Origin: Klebsormidium nitens
Taxonomy: Eukaryota; Plantae; Klebsormidiophyceae
Reading direction: 5' to 3'
Assembly (NCBI GenBank): GCA_000708835.1
Contig: DF236968.1
Coordinates: 248,001 to 312,000 of the forward strand
DNA: 64,000 nucleotides
Both the position numbers and the translations under genes were made by a program. Below, piece by piece: positions 31,801-45,200 of this stretch. The notes below the pieces were generated by a model that did no database searches, was not told where the DNA came from, and saw nothing but the letters and a program-made list of their open reading frames with translations. Position 1 is the first letter of the stretch. Every line of letters begins with the position of its first letter.

Positions 31801-34536
31801 GCTCTTCAACCTGCGCATGAGCCAAGCCGAGGTCAACGTGCCGCTGCAGAACGCGATCCAGGCGTTCCTCATCTGCATAGAGGTGAGGGGTTCGCTTTTG
31901 TGGGCCCTGAAATTTAGGAGGTCCTGGGAGGGGGGTAAGGCTGCTGCTGAATGTGATCAAGACCTTTCTCATGTCAACATACGTGAAGAATGTAGCTTCT
32001 GGTATACATGGAAGGATCGTCGCACGCTTCCAAAGTTGGCTCGATATCGAACCCCCTTTTAACCTGCTCCTTTCAGATATGTGTCGCCTCGGTGGCCCAA
32101 CTGTCTGTCTCCCCCGCCTTGCCATATTCACGCATGACGTTGTTGCGGAGGCAACTTGAGAGCCGCTCCTCACCAAACGTTTCGACGTACGATACCGCTT
32201 CGGCTCAAAACCCGCTTGAAACGTCTTAAAATTACTATCTTACAGATGTGCGTCGCCTCGGTTGCCCACCTCTACGTTTCCCCGGCCACGCCGTGACAGC
32301 GCATGAGCACATGGCCCTCACGTTCTAAGCGACATTTGTCACCATATCTATTGCCGACATTTTCAATTGAGCGAGCTGATTCCCGCTTGAACACTACTCA
32401 TCTTTTGTTCAGGTGTGCGTCGCCTCGGTGGCCCACCTGTACGTCTTCCCCGCCACGCCGTACCAGCGCATGAGCATCATCGCGGACGCATCCCGAGTGA
32501 CGTTCCTCACTAAAGTAGGCGCCCAATTGAAAACTCGGGGTTTAAGAAACCCTGCGTGATATCCAGATATACCATGCGAACTTAGAGAAAGCATTCTTTC
32601 TGCAGATGTGCGTCGCCTCGGTGGCCCATCTATACGTTTTCCCGGCCACGCCGTACCAGCGCATGAGCATCATCGCGGACGCGTCTCAGGTGACGCTCCT
32701 CACCGACGTCGCGGCCGGGGACGCGCCCCCGTCGCCCACCGAGGTCATGGAGAGCGAGCGGCCGCCGTACATCCCCACAGAAAAGTCGGTGACGCTCTTC
32801 CACGAGAGCATGCAGGACGCGTTGGTCGGGGCTAACCGGCAGGTGGGTTCCGGGGTTTCGGGTTTTTGGAGTCTTGGAAACTTCCGAGAGGATAATGTAT
32901 CAAGGTTTGGGTACGATTGCAATCAGTTCATGGGGGGCGACCGTCCGCCGTACACCTCCGCCAAGAAGTCGGTGCCGCGTTTTCATGAGAGCAAGACGCA
33001 TTGTTGAAGGCTAATCGGCAGGTGAGGTTGGAGATCAGCAAATGATAAGGGTTTGGGGTATCTTGAAGTGGAGTTCCAAGGTTTGGGTTCCGTTTGAGGT
33101 CACGGCGACCGAGCGGCCGCCACATACTCCCGCTGGAGAGCTTGTGACATTCCTCCACAGGAGCTAACAAGATTGCCTTGGTGGGGGCTAACCGGCAGGT
33201 GGCTTGCAGACTGTCGGTGTTAGAGCTCTTGTGTATACGTTGTTGAAGCTGTGGAGAATCTTAATCAACTGGGGTGCGGCTTCTGAACCTGGCTTTGGGT
33301 AGGGAACGGTTGTACGTTCTCGCAGAGGGTGTCGTGACGTGTGCCGGAAGAGATTGTAAGGATGCCTCGTGGAGGAGGCATACGGCAGGTCCGCTTCCTC
33401 CTTTTTAGCCTATTAAAAGCCAGCCTCCCCCGAAATTTTCAGTTTCGAAATCTCAAGGTCTGGCCACGATTGTCGAGGTCATGAGGATCACGAGCAATCG
33501 AGACGTGCACGTAGAAGCTGACTGGCGGCCAGGAACGGCTACCTTTCGAGGTCGAAAGGGTTGACATTGGGTCCTTACTTTCTGTATTGCGGCGCACCAA
33601 ACCGCCCCTCCTATCCCTCTCGACAAGATGCAATTCGCTTCGACTGGTACGTGCTTCTGATAGACCGTTTAGCTTCCGGGGCTTTGCTGATACCGCCTTC
33701 TACGATCAATCGTGATGTCAATGAGCAGTAAACTTTGCACCCCATCTCACCTGAGACTCGAGTGGTCTCATTCTCTGCTAATTCGGTTATGCTCATCGCT
33801 GCAGGTGGTTGAGGACGTAACCACGACGGTCGCCCAGGTTGTGGAGCCCATTGAGCAGTTCAATGCGGTGGTTAGGGTAAGCTCTACTACTCTTCAGTCT
33901 TATCGTTCAATCTACTGCACCTTGTCGGTCCCATCAGTCGGCGTACAGTTTCGCTTCAGCTAGATCCAACATGTCATCTCAAATTCCTAAGCTCGCCAAG
34001 TCTGTCCGGAATTGCGTGGTGCTCTCTGGACAACAAGACTGGGGAAAGCGCCCCCAGTCCGGCACCATGGGAGTTGGCATAGAGGCCAGCGTTTGAGCCT
34101 TAGCCGCCAAATGAAACCGGTCTATTTTCTCGTTGTAAGCACAAGGTTTCACCAGGGCACTAGTATCGCTTCGCAAGCAAAAGCTCCTCATCAAAGCACC
34201 ACCTTCTCGTCGGAAGCACGAGGGGTCGATTATTAGGCCCACGCTCACTGCGTTGCCGGTCTTTCGTGCCTGCAGGATACGTTGGACGTGTTTGGCAGGT
34301 GGGGCCCGAAGCGAACGGACGGGGTGCGGGACGACTCGTGGCTGTCGGGGCCTGCCGGCGAGGATCCGGAAAAACGGCACTATGGTAAAGGTAGTCAGAG
34401 CGACGGGGGTCGAACCCACGGGAAAACGAAAAGCTACGGGTCGATTCAGACCGTTGATCCCCACATAGACGGGCAGATTTGGCAGAGCCCCGGCTTGAGC
34501 AAGTTGAAGATGCCCAAGAGAAAGGGACCCTCGTAG
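28819..34536 (+). CDS. TMEM184: TMEM184/LAZ1-like (DUF300, organic solute transporter alpha family) membrane protein, 9 exons
   Basis: Exons 28819-28944, 29204-29260, 29744-29852, 30606-30826, 31160-31248, 31627-31882, 32606-32842, 33805-33876, 34276-34536. Motifs: HFTAFNKPEEQKWIV, MVPAYSIDS, LRDCYEAYTIYAF, KFGTVQYMILK, YGEGEFRWNRGYPY, INFSQMWALYCLLQFY, KFACIKAVIFVTWWQG, QAFLICIEMCVASVAHLYVFPATPY. Confidence 0.93.
32073..33390 (+). repeat. Degenerate copies of both ends of TMEM184 exon 7
   Basis: Acceptor-side copies at about 32077, 32245 and 32412. Donor-side copies end gctaatcggcag|gtgagg (about 33022) and gctaaccggcag|gtggc (about 33200), with a remnant near 33385. Confidence 0.88.
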
Positions 34537-35361
34537 CTTTGGCACCGCAGTTCGCAACACTTGCCTGCCGATCACGTGTAAGGTTTGTGAGGTGCTATTG
34601 CTCGCGTGTAGGTTTTCTCGGAGCTAGAGATCATGCAAGCTTTTGGAGCGCATGCTCTGAACATGTATATCTAGATTTTAGACAGTGTGCATATGGAAAG
34701 CCTTATTAATGTGCTATGATTTGGCAGGCTCCACCAGGCCGGTTTGATGAAGTGACCTAGACGATGAACCGTAAGTTACCATGAACCATCAGGCCTGTTT
34801 GTGCTCTGAATTACACATGTTTGCAATTGCCGGTGTTCGAATGGGTACATGGCTGCAGACCGCGCATGTGTCACGAGGGCTCATAGAGATGCAGGCTGTC
34901 GGACTCGTTACTGAGATTTTCGATCCCATGCAAGCTGCTCATGCGCAACGTACAAGTTGCATGTGACAACTTGAAATCACCTATAGTTGCGCAGACGTGG
35001 CACAGCTGGCATGTCGTATGATGTTAATACTATGTACAACATTTGATGTCGGAAAGGCAGTTCGACTAAAGTTCCGTCATGCTCAAATCCAGCCATGAAG
35101 AACCGTCCAGAACGGGTTGCCCTATTTGGTGAAATTCGGCCCAGACTAGGATACATTCCGGCCATAGGGGTCGACATGCATCAACTCTTACCAAGGGCCA
35201 ATTGGAAAACGTAAACAAGAGGACGACGATAGACACTGTGTAGGAAACACGCTGAGCGCGTTTATGGGTGTTGGTATCAAAGTAATTGTACAAACATGCT
35301 TCCTGCATGGAGCCCGAAGTGTCCCCTAGCCTCGTCGACAAAAGTCTTGGTTTGGGTGGGT

Positions 35362-38336
35362 TTACTCTGAAGGCATCGTCTTGATGATGTCAGAATCACC
35401 TGCAGCAGACCAAGCGCAAGAGGTCAGGAAAGAGAAAACAGCAAACTCCTACCGGTTTCTTTACAGTTGACCAAACTGGTGCCCTGTTGACTACACGGGT
35501 TGAGGCCTCCACCGAACCATACCAAGTTCGCATAAACTAATTTTCCAACAGCTGACAAGTCCCGATAGAGTCCTTCCTACTGACTGAGTGTATCAAACTT
35601 TTTCAGCAAACCAAAGAAGGACCAAAGAACCTCATGTCAATGTTTCGAGAGCGACTTTTCAGGCTCTGCCTGCGACCAAACGCTGCTACCCATTGCTTCC
35701 TGACTACTCATTGCTGGGGCTCTCAGAGTAGCTCAACACAAGCCTTGCGCGTCTCGCACAACACCAAGCAATTGACAGGACACCAGCTGCCTTACGTGCT
35801 GCCCACAGCAAGTAGCCGCTTCGAATCAGGCTTTCGTCTATGACTGAAACTACTTGACACAACCAAGCCACCAAAAAATCCGACATTCGTCAAACAACTT
35901 GACGCTAAAGATCATCCACAGAGAATCTACACTGCCAGTCCCCAAAGCCCAAGTTTGACAAGGGACTCTACAGGAAGCGGTATCTCACCAGGGTCCGTGA
36001 TGCTCAACGTGCCTACCCGGAAGTACTTTCCGCACGCCGTCCCAAGGTCAACGTTGTCTGCACATGGCAAAGGATACTTAATCGAATCTTGCAATTGCCT
36101 GGCTTGGATGGTGAAAAGCCTATTTTGACGGTTTGAATCGATGCGAGAGAAGACACTTCGACTTCGCTGATTGACTGAAAGGTGATGCCAAAGCAAGTCA
36201 GCGAATACCCTACTCAGCAGGGTGCTTCTTAGGACCCAACGTGAAGTGGTATTCAGTATTTGAGGAACTTTTAGCGAAGGTGCAATCGCAGCCAGCTTCA
36301 CCCAGCGCGGTCAACGTCAAGCCGCCTGCCTTGATGATTTTGATAGCTCGACTCAGTCTGAATCAATACAGCTGTCAAACACAGACCCCCCAGATGCTCG
36401 AACTCAAAACAAGATGGCACATCCAGAGACGACGCCCCCTAACAGACGCCATGCTCTTTCGAGAGTACAATCATCTGTTTCTACAGGCTGAACCAACGAC
36501 TTGGTTTAGATGTCAGTCTGGTTGGGGAATGTTTCAACGTCTAGCCCCCAGCCTTTGCTTGATGATCCCCATTGCTTCAGGCAGACTCTCTTGTTCGCTT
36601 GATCTTGGGCAGACCGGTTACAGCACAGGAATAGCGGAAGCCTGAACTTTCCAATCCCACAACAATGCAGATCCAGAATCCTAGCAGTCAACAGCCATTT
36701 GCCGAAAGGTCCTTCGGAATTCCATGGACAAAAAGTTCTTGAGAAAAAGGGCTAGCGTGTGTCTGCTCACTTCCGCTGTAGTGGTGCACGCCGGTCTTTG
36801 AAAGCATGGCATAGTACTCGATCTCGGACTTTCGGAGGGGGGGAGTGTTGTTGGAGATGATCACCAGCTTGGCTGCGTAAAAGAAAGACGGCAATCATTC
36901 TAGTTCCCAGACTTGTGCTTGCAGTCATGCCAACACCAAAGAGAGCCGTGTGAGTTTTAACCTTTCACAGAAAATCTTCCGCTTTTCCGAGTTAAAACGC
37001 GCGGTGCTCAGACCGATCATTGGGGGGCTCCGTGTCGCTACCTTGAAGGAATCTGCTTTTGATTTTTTCAAAGCATCTGGGCAGATTTTCTGGAAGCGGG
37101 AATGAAAATCCTACTTGATGTCACTCTATCTTGTAAGCTGATAAATAACGTGTGCCCGTCTGATGCCAACTGTGTTGCTGGCTTTAACGTGTACTGAGCT
37201 ACGTTCGCGCACTGACATCCAGTCAACTGGTTTAAACCGGCCTACTGCCTAAAAGCTGATTGTTTCTCCAGTGGCTTTCCAGCGAATGCGACACGAAGGC
37301 AGCGAGCACCCAACTTCTAGAACTGCTTTCCGTTGCTAACTCTGATTCTAGAGCAAGCCGTAATTGTCTGCATCTAGAGAGCAACGTACGCCTCAAACGG
37401 ACCCGCTATTGAGAAGCCCTAATGCCTACTCGGACTTTCGCTGCTGTACTCTGCATGTGTGGTCAACTTCGCAGTAGCGACTTTTAGCCGACCCCTCCGC
37501 AGCAGCGGGGGGCGTGCTTCAGGACAAAGTTCTGCCACCCTACTTGGAAGTGCTGACATCATTCAGCCCCTCGCCCACTGCAGGCTCGATGATGCGACCT
37601 AAGCCCCCTAGCTTTGCCATCGATTCGTTGCACTAGCCCCTGCCTCGAATCCTAGTGAGCTCAGAGTCAAGGTCGATTACAAAAGATGCCAGGAGGGTCC
37701 CGGCGTCGCTGCCAACAGTCTCTTTCTGCGATCTGGCCGGCAGCCCTGATTTACTACGTTCACTACCAGTGCTTGCGACAACTTTCTCCCCCAGTCTGGT
37801 TCTCAAAGTCCCTGCTTCAAGGGTGCATACGACGCCAGCTGCCATGCGGCCCCCGCAGCAGCATCCTAGGGCAGGCTCCTCATGGTCAAGCGGTAACGGT
37901 TTTGAAACCATGCCGACCGACGCGCTATCCCATCTAGTTGCAAATGCATGCTGCAGGCCCCAGGTCCTCACCTTTACCGCCCCGCAGCGACTTGAGCACG
38001 GTCTTGTACCCAAGGGTGTACTTGCCACTCTTCATTACCAGGGCGAGCCTGTTGTTGATGCTCTCCTGGGCCTTCTTCTGCAGAAAGAATAATCACGGAC
38101 CGCAAATCAGGACCTCCGGCAACTCTGTATGAGTTGAAATGCAGCCAACTCAGCCCCAGCATGCCTAAGGTGCTGATTTCCGACTCTCCCAACCAGGCAA
38201 CAAATCCAGAGCCGAAAAGTAGTAACTGATCGATTGTAGTGGAATCAGTGCAAGGGGTAATCTTGGCAGCAAGGCTGTCCTCCAAAAAGAGTTAGCGGAA
38301 GGAAAAGTGACTTACGGTCTTCTTGACGGGCGGCAT
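35362..38336 (-). CDS. RPL30: 60S ribosomal protein L30 (eL30), 5 exons
   Basis: Exons 38336-38316, 38077-37972, 36872-36771, 36057-35989, 35399-35362. Translation: [111 protein letters not shown]. Confidence 0.97.
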
Positions 38337-39228
38337 CTTGACGAGAGGCCCTGCGCAAAAGCGACAAGCTGGACTTAGGGCCACGAAAACTCAGCCAAAC
38401 TCTAAAACAGTCAGACAGTATTTCCAGAAACCTGAGACGTGAAGGCACCACAGATTTTGATGATATCAGAAAGGAAGGAGGAAAGCCAAAATGTCAGCGA
38501 GGGCATCTGTCGGCCCCATGCCACTTGCTTCCAGACTGCAGATAGCTCAATCCGCCGGCCTTCCCAGGCACGCCTTCGTTTGATGAGCAAAATCTAGCTC
38601 TTGCAAAACGATTCAATAGTATCTGCCCTCGAACGCTTTCAAACGCTGCCTTCGTAGGGGCCCTCCATGCTTCTCACCTAGCCAGAAGCGCCCGCACAAG
38701 GTGCTGTTCAGAGAAGGTGCGCGACGAAAGAGGAAGGGGCAGGCTACAGCGGATGGGATTTCAGCGTGCTTCGATAACTTCCGTCGAATATATTACGGAG
38801 ATTATATGTAATCCTGCTCTGAGCTGATAATGTTCGACACCGAAAACTGAGGTTGAACCTCCAAAATGCACCAGTTGAGAAAGCTGCACTTCTCGTCTTG
38901 TCAAAGAACGGACACTGGCATGCGCAGGGAATGCGAAGAGAAAACGCTGGCAGCAAAGGGGAGAAGAGCGCCACTTTTGAGGGGGGACATGCAGATTGTT
39001 TGTTGGCACATGCTCGCACAGTTGTGAGCTGCTGATCCCCCTATGCAGCGCCTCTATCAGGAGGATCCGAGTCTCGGGGCGCCTGACTTCAACAAAGGAG
39101 CTGAAGTGTTCCACTGGCGTCAAGTCCTCCGCTCTTGCGTCACTTTGAGGCTTCTGTAACAGCTTCTAAGGTCTCAAATTGGAACAGCCAGACGTTTCGA
39201 GCATTGCTCTGCTTGGATCTCTTCGACC

Positions 39229-41301
39229 ATGGAGAATGAAGACTCTGGTTCCAGCCCTCCGTCAACCACTGGACGAGTTGCAGTTGGTATGGTATTCTCC
39301 CTTCCTCTTGCACGAAGTTGCATTCTCAAACGTTCTCTTGCAGTGCTCAAATCAAGCTTGAATTGCACACCACCTCTCACTACTTTGATATTATTGTGTG
39401 CAGCTCACAGGAACCCAAGTAGGCTGGTCATCATGAAAGCTCAATTTCAAGCTCGCATCAATCTGCATATGCCGCGCAGGGTGCTTCTTGAAGAAGGCCT
39501 TGTCGAGGAAAGATTCTCCCAGCTCGATCAGTATTGTTCAAAATCAGCAAGTGAAGTTCAATTCTGTCTTATGTGTTGTGGAAAGCTGATCAAACACAGT
39601 AGCTTTCGTGTCTTGATATATCATCTGATGGGTTCGCTGTGGGCCCCGCAGTTCCAACAGCGGTCATATGCATGGGCGTTTCAGGGGCAGGCAAAACGTG
39701 AGTCTCTAACTCTTCACTCCATTGTTGACTGCTGGCGTTGAGTGTTGCTGTCTATCGTGGAAGGTACATATCAGGAGTATGTTTCAGTATCCCAAAACCA
39801 TCCTCAGCTCGGTGTCATCAATTCTTCAAAAGTGTGAGCTCCACAGTGGTGCATTTGACTGTGTGACCAACAGATTGCCTTCGCAACAATGACTGAGGTG
39901 CGTGTTTCATAGCTCTGGTTGGCACCGGCCTTGGAAGTTGTTTTCTGCCACTTCCCATTGACTTCCTTGACACTTGCTCACAAACATTTTGAAGTTGCCC
40001 CCAGTGACTCGCCAAAAGCGACGTGTGGTGCCCTTGTATTGTCAAGTTGTATTGTCAAGTCGTTTTCCAAAGGCGAAGCGCGCCTGCATTACAGGACCGT
40101 TGGGAAAGTTCTAGCGGAGATGTTGAAATGCGAGTTTCTGGATGCTGACGACTTCCACTCCCTACAAAACAAAGGTAGGCTGCCGCTTTGCGGAAGGGGA
40201 GGCTGGTGAACCTTCTCACAGATCCTGCTTGTCCTCTTTGTGCCTGCTTTTCTTTGAAAGCAGAGAACTGAGCTTTTGTCAAGCAGCAGATGATGCATGC
40301 TGAATACTCTTACTGAAAAGAGCACGGTAATAAGGACCGCAAACACTCTTCGATTGTGTCTTCCGTCTTGTTCAAATCACGTTTTGACAAGAGGATACAT
40401 TCTCTTTCGTTAGCTCAAAGCCTTTGCCAGCTGACCTGTTTGACGTTGCTTTCCAGATTTGGTTCAACGAGCCTGATTCATTGGTTTTTGACTTCGAAGG
40501 TTTGTGCAGCTTCAGTCAGGGCTGTCTAACTTCCGTACTTCTCTCTTCTGCACATGTCTTTGAGAACGTGCTTCCTTGCCCGGTGGACAGAACGGAGGAT
40601 AGGACCCTTGTCACCACTCTGTGCAAGCACTTGTCTCTGGCTGTCACAAACTCCGCGAGCTTCCTTGTTTTGAGGAAAGAAACCTTTTGAGAACTCACGA
40701 TACTTCTGATTCTTTATCTGCAGACAAGATGCGAAGGGGGATCCCTTTGATCGACGAGGACCGTGCCCCATGGCTCGAAACCCTGAGGCAACTTTTACGT
40801 GAGCGGTTGGTCGAGGGTAAAAACGTCGTACTGGCATGTTCGGCTCTGAAGCCTGAGTACAGAACTATACTGAGGGCGGCAGCGTCAGATTTTGGGCACG
40901 AGCAAGCGCAGGCAGTGGGGGCTTCTCTTGATGATGACTCTGCTTACGTAGACGGGATCGCAAAGGCCGCTTGTCGGGGATCCAGCCTGGAGAACGGCCA
41001 GGGTTTTAAAGAAGATAGGAGTTCTGATTGCGAGGATCCTGAGTTCGGGGAAGTAAAAGAAGCAGACCGTCGAGCTCTTCCGAGGGTTGTGTTCGTTCAT
41101 TTGAAAGCAGACGCGAAAGTGTTGGCAGCTAGACTGAAGGCTCGAGAAAAGGCGGGGACGCACTATATGCCAGCCTCTCTCCTCGAATCACAGATGCAGG
41201 CCTTGCAAATTTATGATGGGGAGGCTGGGATTATGACGGAAGATGCTGAGTTGACTCCCAACATTCTTGCAAGACAGGTACTTAAGAATTGCAAGCTTTG
41301 A
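39229..41301 (+). CDS. gntK: Gluconokinase (GntK/IdnK family), 4 exons
   Basis: Exons 39229-39286 (first exon tentative), 39652-39697, 40095-40174, 40724-41301. Motifs: P-loop VICMGVSGAGKTTVG, FLDADDFHS..NKDKMRRGIPLIDEDRAPWL, VVLACSALKPEYRTIL, FVHL, THYMPASLLESQMQAL. Confidence 0.9.
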
Positions 41302-42281
41302 CAGGTCAAAAGCCGGGCCCACAGCACGTGTGGCGGCTCGCCCATGTATGCATGCATGAGGAGAGTCTTCTGCTGAGTCTTTATCAATTCATTACATCGC
41401 TGCATATATCCTGTGGGTCGAAATCAATGAATCGTGGTCAGTGAACTTAGCGTACATACATGCACGTCGGAAGGAATTGTTAAGGAATTTGCCGCGCGAA
41501 TGCATGTGTGTGTCTTTTGTAACCGGCCGCGTTTAGGAGGAAATTGGCATATGCATGATGGATGGGATCTGCTGCTGGCACTGCATGAGTATTCAATGGC
41601 TGGCAAGCTATATAGCTCCACGATCTGCGCATGCCAGGATTGCGAGCCTTGTCATTACCTGATATGTTAGCAAGTAAGTGTTGGATCTCCTCGCGGGGGC
41701 CCGGTAATTGAATGTCAATTTGTGTCGATCATGCATATATGACATGCTGCACATTGTTATATGACTGTAGTGTATACCGTACATGCATGCATGGGCGGCA
41801 GGCTAGCTACCGTACCGTACGGTACTTTATACGCGCACAGCTGGCGGCCATGCGAAGCTGTTACCAAAAGTAGACCAACCCATTCACTGGAACATTATAT
41901 ATACAGAATATGAGGTCTATATAAAGGACATCCGTCCCAAGCCTGTATAAATGATTGCCTCTAATCCAAAGAACACAATGAGATCAGCTGGAGGAGAAAT
42001 CCGTGCTGGCCCCATATTGTCTAACTTTTGAAGCAACCTCGATTGTGGCCTGTACTAAGATGCGCCCCGCATCATAGTCAAGCAGTTACACTTTGCGGGC
42101 ATGAGGCATGTGAATTTCATCAATGGAAGCTGCCAGCGGCTGTCTCCAACTTTGAACGTGTCTCCAAGGCGAGTTCTTTGTAGCTACATTGGTCTCTCAT
42201 TGCGGCACGCCCATACCTTGTCCTGGTTGGCTACGTGGTCTGAATCCCTATTGGTCCAACAAAAGCCCGCGCAACACCCAC

Positions 42282-45200
42282 CTAGATCGACTTGATGAGC
42301 TCATCGATCGCGTCGAAGAAGAGCGGGGCATACTCTGTACTGCTCGTCTTTACGGCAACCTTGACGCCGGGGTCCCCAACCGCAAAAGTGAGCTCTACCA
42401 GAAGCGGGAGGTTGGGCGGCAGCTTGACGGAGAGGTAGAGCACGTCTTGGTTGGTCTCCTTGAGCAGCCGCCGCGCAATGAAGAAGGCGTTGGATGCGTT
42501 CAGCTTCTCTAGCAAGATGTCCACGTTGGGAATCACCGTGTCTTTCAACTCCTTGAGCACCTGACACAAGGAAACAGGAGCCGGTCGTAAGCACTCAGGA
42601 ACGAAACGATGGCGCTAAGTTCCTAACTTTTCGAAACGCATCTTTTTGGAGAGAAGCTTGGATCCATTGTACTAAGAACGAACAGCGTTCGCTGCTCATT
42701 TCGAGACCTTAGGAAAGCAAACAGTCCCTCAGAGCGGCCCCAATACCTGACGAGAGGCGACACCGCCACGTCCTCAAACCCTTCAGCCTCGAAACCCAAA
42801 ACCGTGAGACTGTACTCGCCCACGTGGTTGAAGTTGGACAACGACTCGCTCTTCTCTGGGACTCGCGCCCGCTCAGCAGCGAAAGTTCTTCCAGAACCTT
42901 CCACATTAGTAGCCTCAAACCTCAATCCGCGAACCCTAAAAGGAACTACTTATGTAAGGTATAATCCTAACAGGGACCTTACCTCGTTGGAGTCGGGCAG
43001 CGACATCCACGTCTCAAGGAACCGCCCCCGCTCAGCAACAAAAGCTTTCCAGAAACCCCCCATCTACAGCCTCAACACTCTATCGGCAAACCCTTGGTCA
43101 GACCGTAAACAAAAGGATACACCATGATTGGACCCTCACCTCGTTGGAGTCGGGCAGCGACTTCCAGGTCTCCAGGAACTGTCCCCGCTCGATGCGGCCG
43201 TCCTCGAGGAAGACGGCTTGCAGCGGCAGCTTGTCCGCAAAGTACCACACCGGCTGCTGATTGTTCTTCACCGCCACCTGGAGCGTCGCCGCCAGGGGGG
43301 TCCCCGGGGGGGGGAGGTTCTGGAGGGGGATCATCGGCAGCTCCGTGGCCGCGGAGGAGCCGGGGGCGATCGTGGGCAGCTGCACAAAAGGGGGCGGCTT
43401 GAGATTCAATCTCCGATCGTGTCATATATACATGAAGATTTGGGCAGCTCAACAGGACACGGGACGAAGGTATTGATGGGTTCGTTCATCGCCAAAGCCG
43501 ACTTTCTGGCATCGGAACTTAGAGAGTACTCTTGCAACCGTCAGGTCGAAAAGGAGGTGTAGATGAATCAAGGTGGTTCGTAGGAGGTGCATGGTTCCTT
43601 GAAATGCTGAGAAGGGTTAGCTTTATCTTTCGCTTTGAAACCCAGAATGATCATGGGGGAGCCTACCAGAGGCCGACAAACTCTCACATCTCTACGGAAT
43701 TCCGTAGGCCGTCGGTAAAACTTCCATCGATTGGTGGCTTGAGTAAATCGAGCTACTCTGCAATTCAGAAGCCATTAAGGCCAGGTGAACCTCTTCTCTG
43801 CGGGCCTCATCATGTTGCACTGTTAGGCCTCGACAAAAGCTCTAGTCGGCCGAATGTTTCCGTCCTTGATAGCGGCACTAAGCTCTCACCTGCAGTGGGC
43901 TGCCCGCCGCCAGGCCGAACGTGTTCTTGTTGAACTGGATCATGAACCCGTCCAGCGGGACTGTCCCCTGGTTGTCGAACGTGAGGTCGTAGAAGATCTG
44001 CCCGTTCTTGCGCACCATCTGGCCGCTGATTTGGAGGCCCTGTGCGGCGGACGCTTGCAGGAGGATGGGCTTGGGAGGAGCAGTGCGGGCGGCGGGAGAC
44101 GCCGGGGCGGGGCCTCCGTCGGAGTTGACGTCCAGGCCCATGAGGTCGCCGAGAAGGTCGTTCACCGGGGCGGGCTTGGGGAGGCCGGTAGGGGTGGGCA
44201 GGCCTGGTGTTGGAAAGGAAGAAAATTAGGGAAGTTCCGATTCTATCTAAGTGCATTTCTGCAGCAATCTGAACAGCTTTGAGTAATAATCGTTTGCTTT
44301 TTCCTTCCTTTTTCCGCGAGCCTGGCGAATAACGGGACAGAAGAACAAAGTCTGAAAGAAGGAGTTGAAAAACTGTACACCCTCTTAATATCATGCAACG
44401 GGACGGAAGGAAGATCTGTAGCGAGTCTGAACGCTTGGAACTTACCCTGAACTGGGGGTGCGGGCCCCGACGACTCCTCTGGGCCACTCTCCACCTCTAG
44501 TTCCTCCTCGTCACGAAGCGGGACCACCTTGGTGCGGCTCACAAACACCTGTCAAAAGAAGGAACGAACTTCTCAACTACCGGGCGAAATTGGTGTCTTT
44601 TCAGAGGCTCCGTGCGTCCTTCAGTTTCCATCGCCCAAGGATTGGGTCAAGCTCCAAACTGGCTCTAAATACAAAAGGAAGTATGTATTGGCTAAATCTC
44701 AAGGAACGGGAGGCAAACACTGGACCTCCGAATACGCAACTAACCGGACCCTCGTACATCCTAAGGTTGCCAGGGTGGAGTACTCCAAACCTCAACCCCA
44801 TCGACTCTCGGCACCCCCCAAGTCTTAAAACACCCATAATTCCTTGACAAGCTTGTCAAGATCGACAAGGGCGTGGAGCAGTTGGGCAAAAGATCGAAGG
44901 GCGAATTTTCAACCCTTCCACAACATGAAGACCCGCACATCTTTATACTCCAAAGACATACCTCTGGCGAGTTGCCGTAGAGGGACGAGAGCGTGGGGAT
45001 ATTGCTTAATCGCAGAAGGCAGAGACTTACACACCGTGATCCTAACAAGTCCCAAAACCCTTGACCCATCGAGCGAGACTTCCTTCGTCAGTCCCCAAAT
45101 CAAATGACAGCTTGCAGCAATTGACCAGAACGCGAACCAATCTCTTCTAGACATAACGACGTGCGGATCTCTGAGTAACCGTGTAACCTACCTCTGGCGG

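Noticed and set aside
35400-38316. Intronic snoRNAs in RPL30 introns
   Set aside because: Ribosomal-protein introns often host snoRNAs, but I found no convincing box C (RTGATGA) and box D (CTGA) pair on the minus strand. H/ACA RNAs cannot be judged by eye; a snoscan, snoReport or Infernal search is needed.
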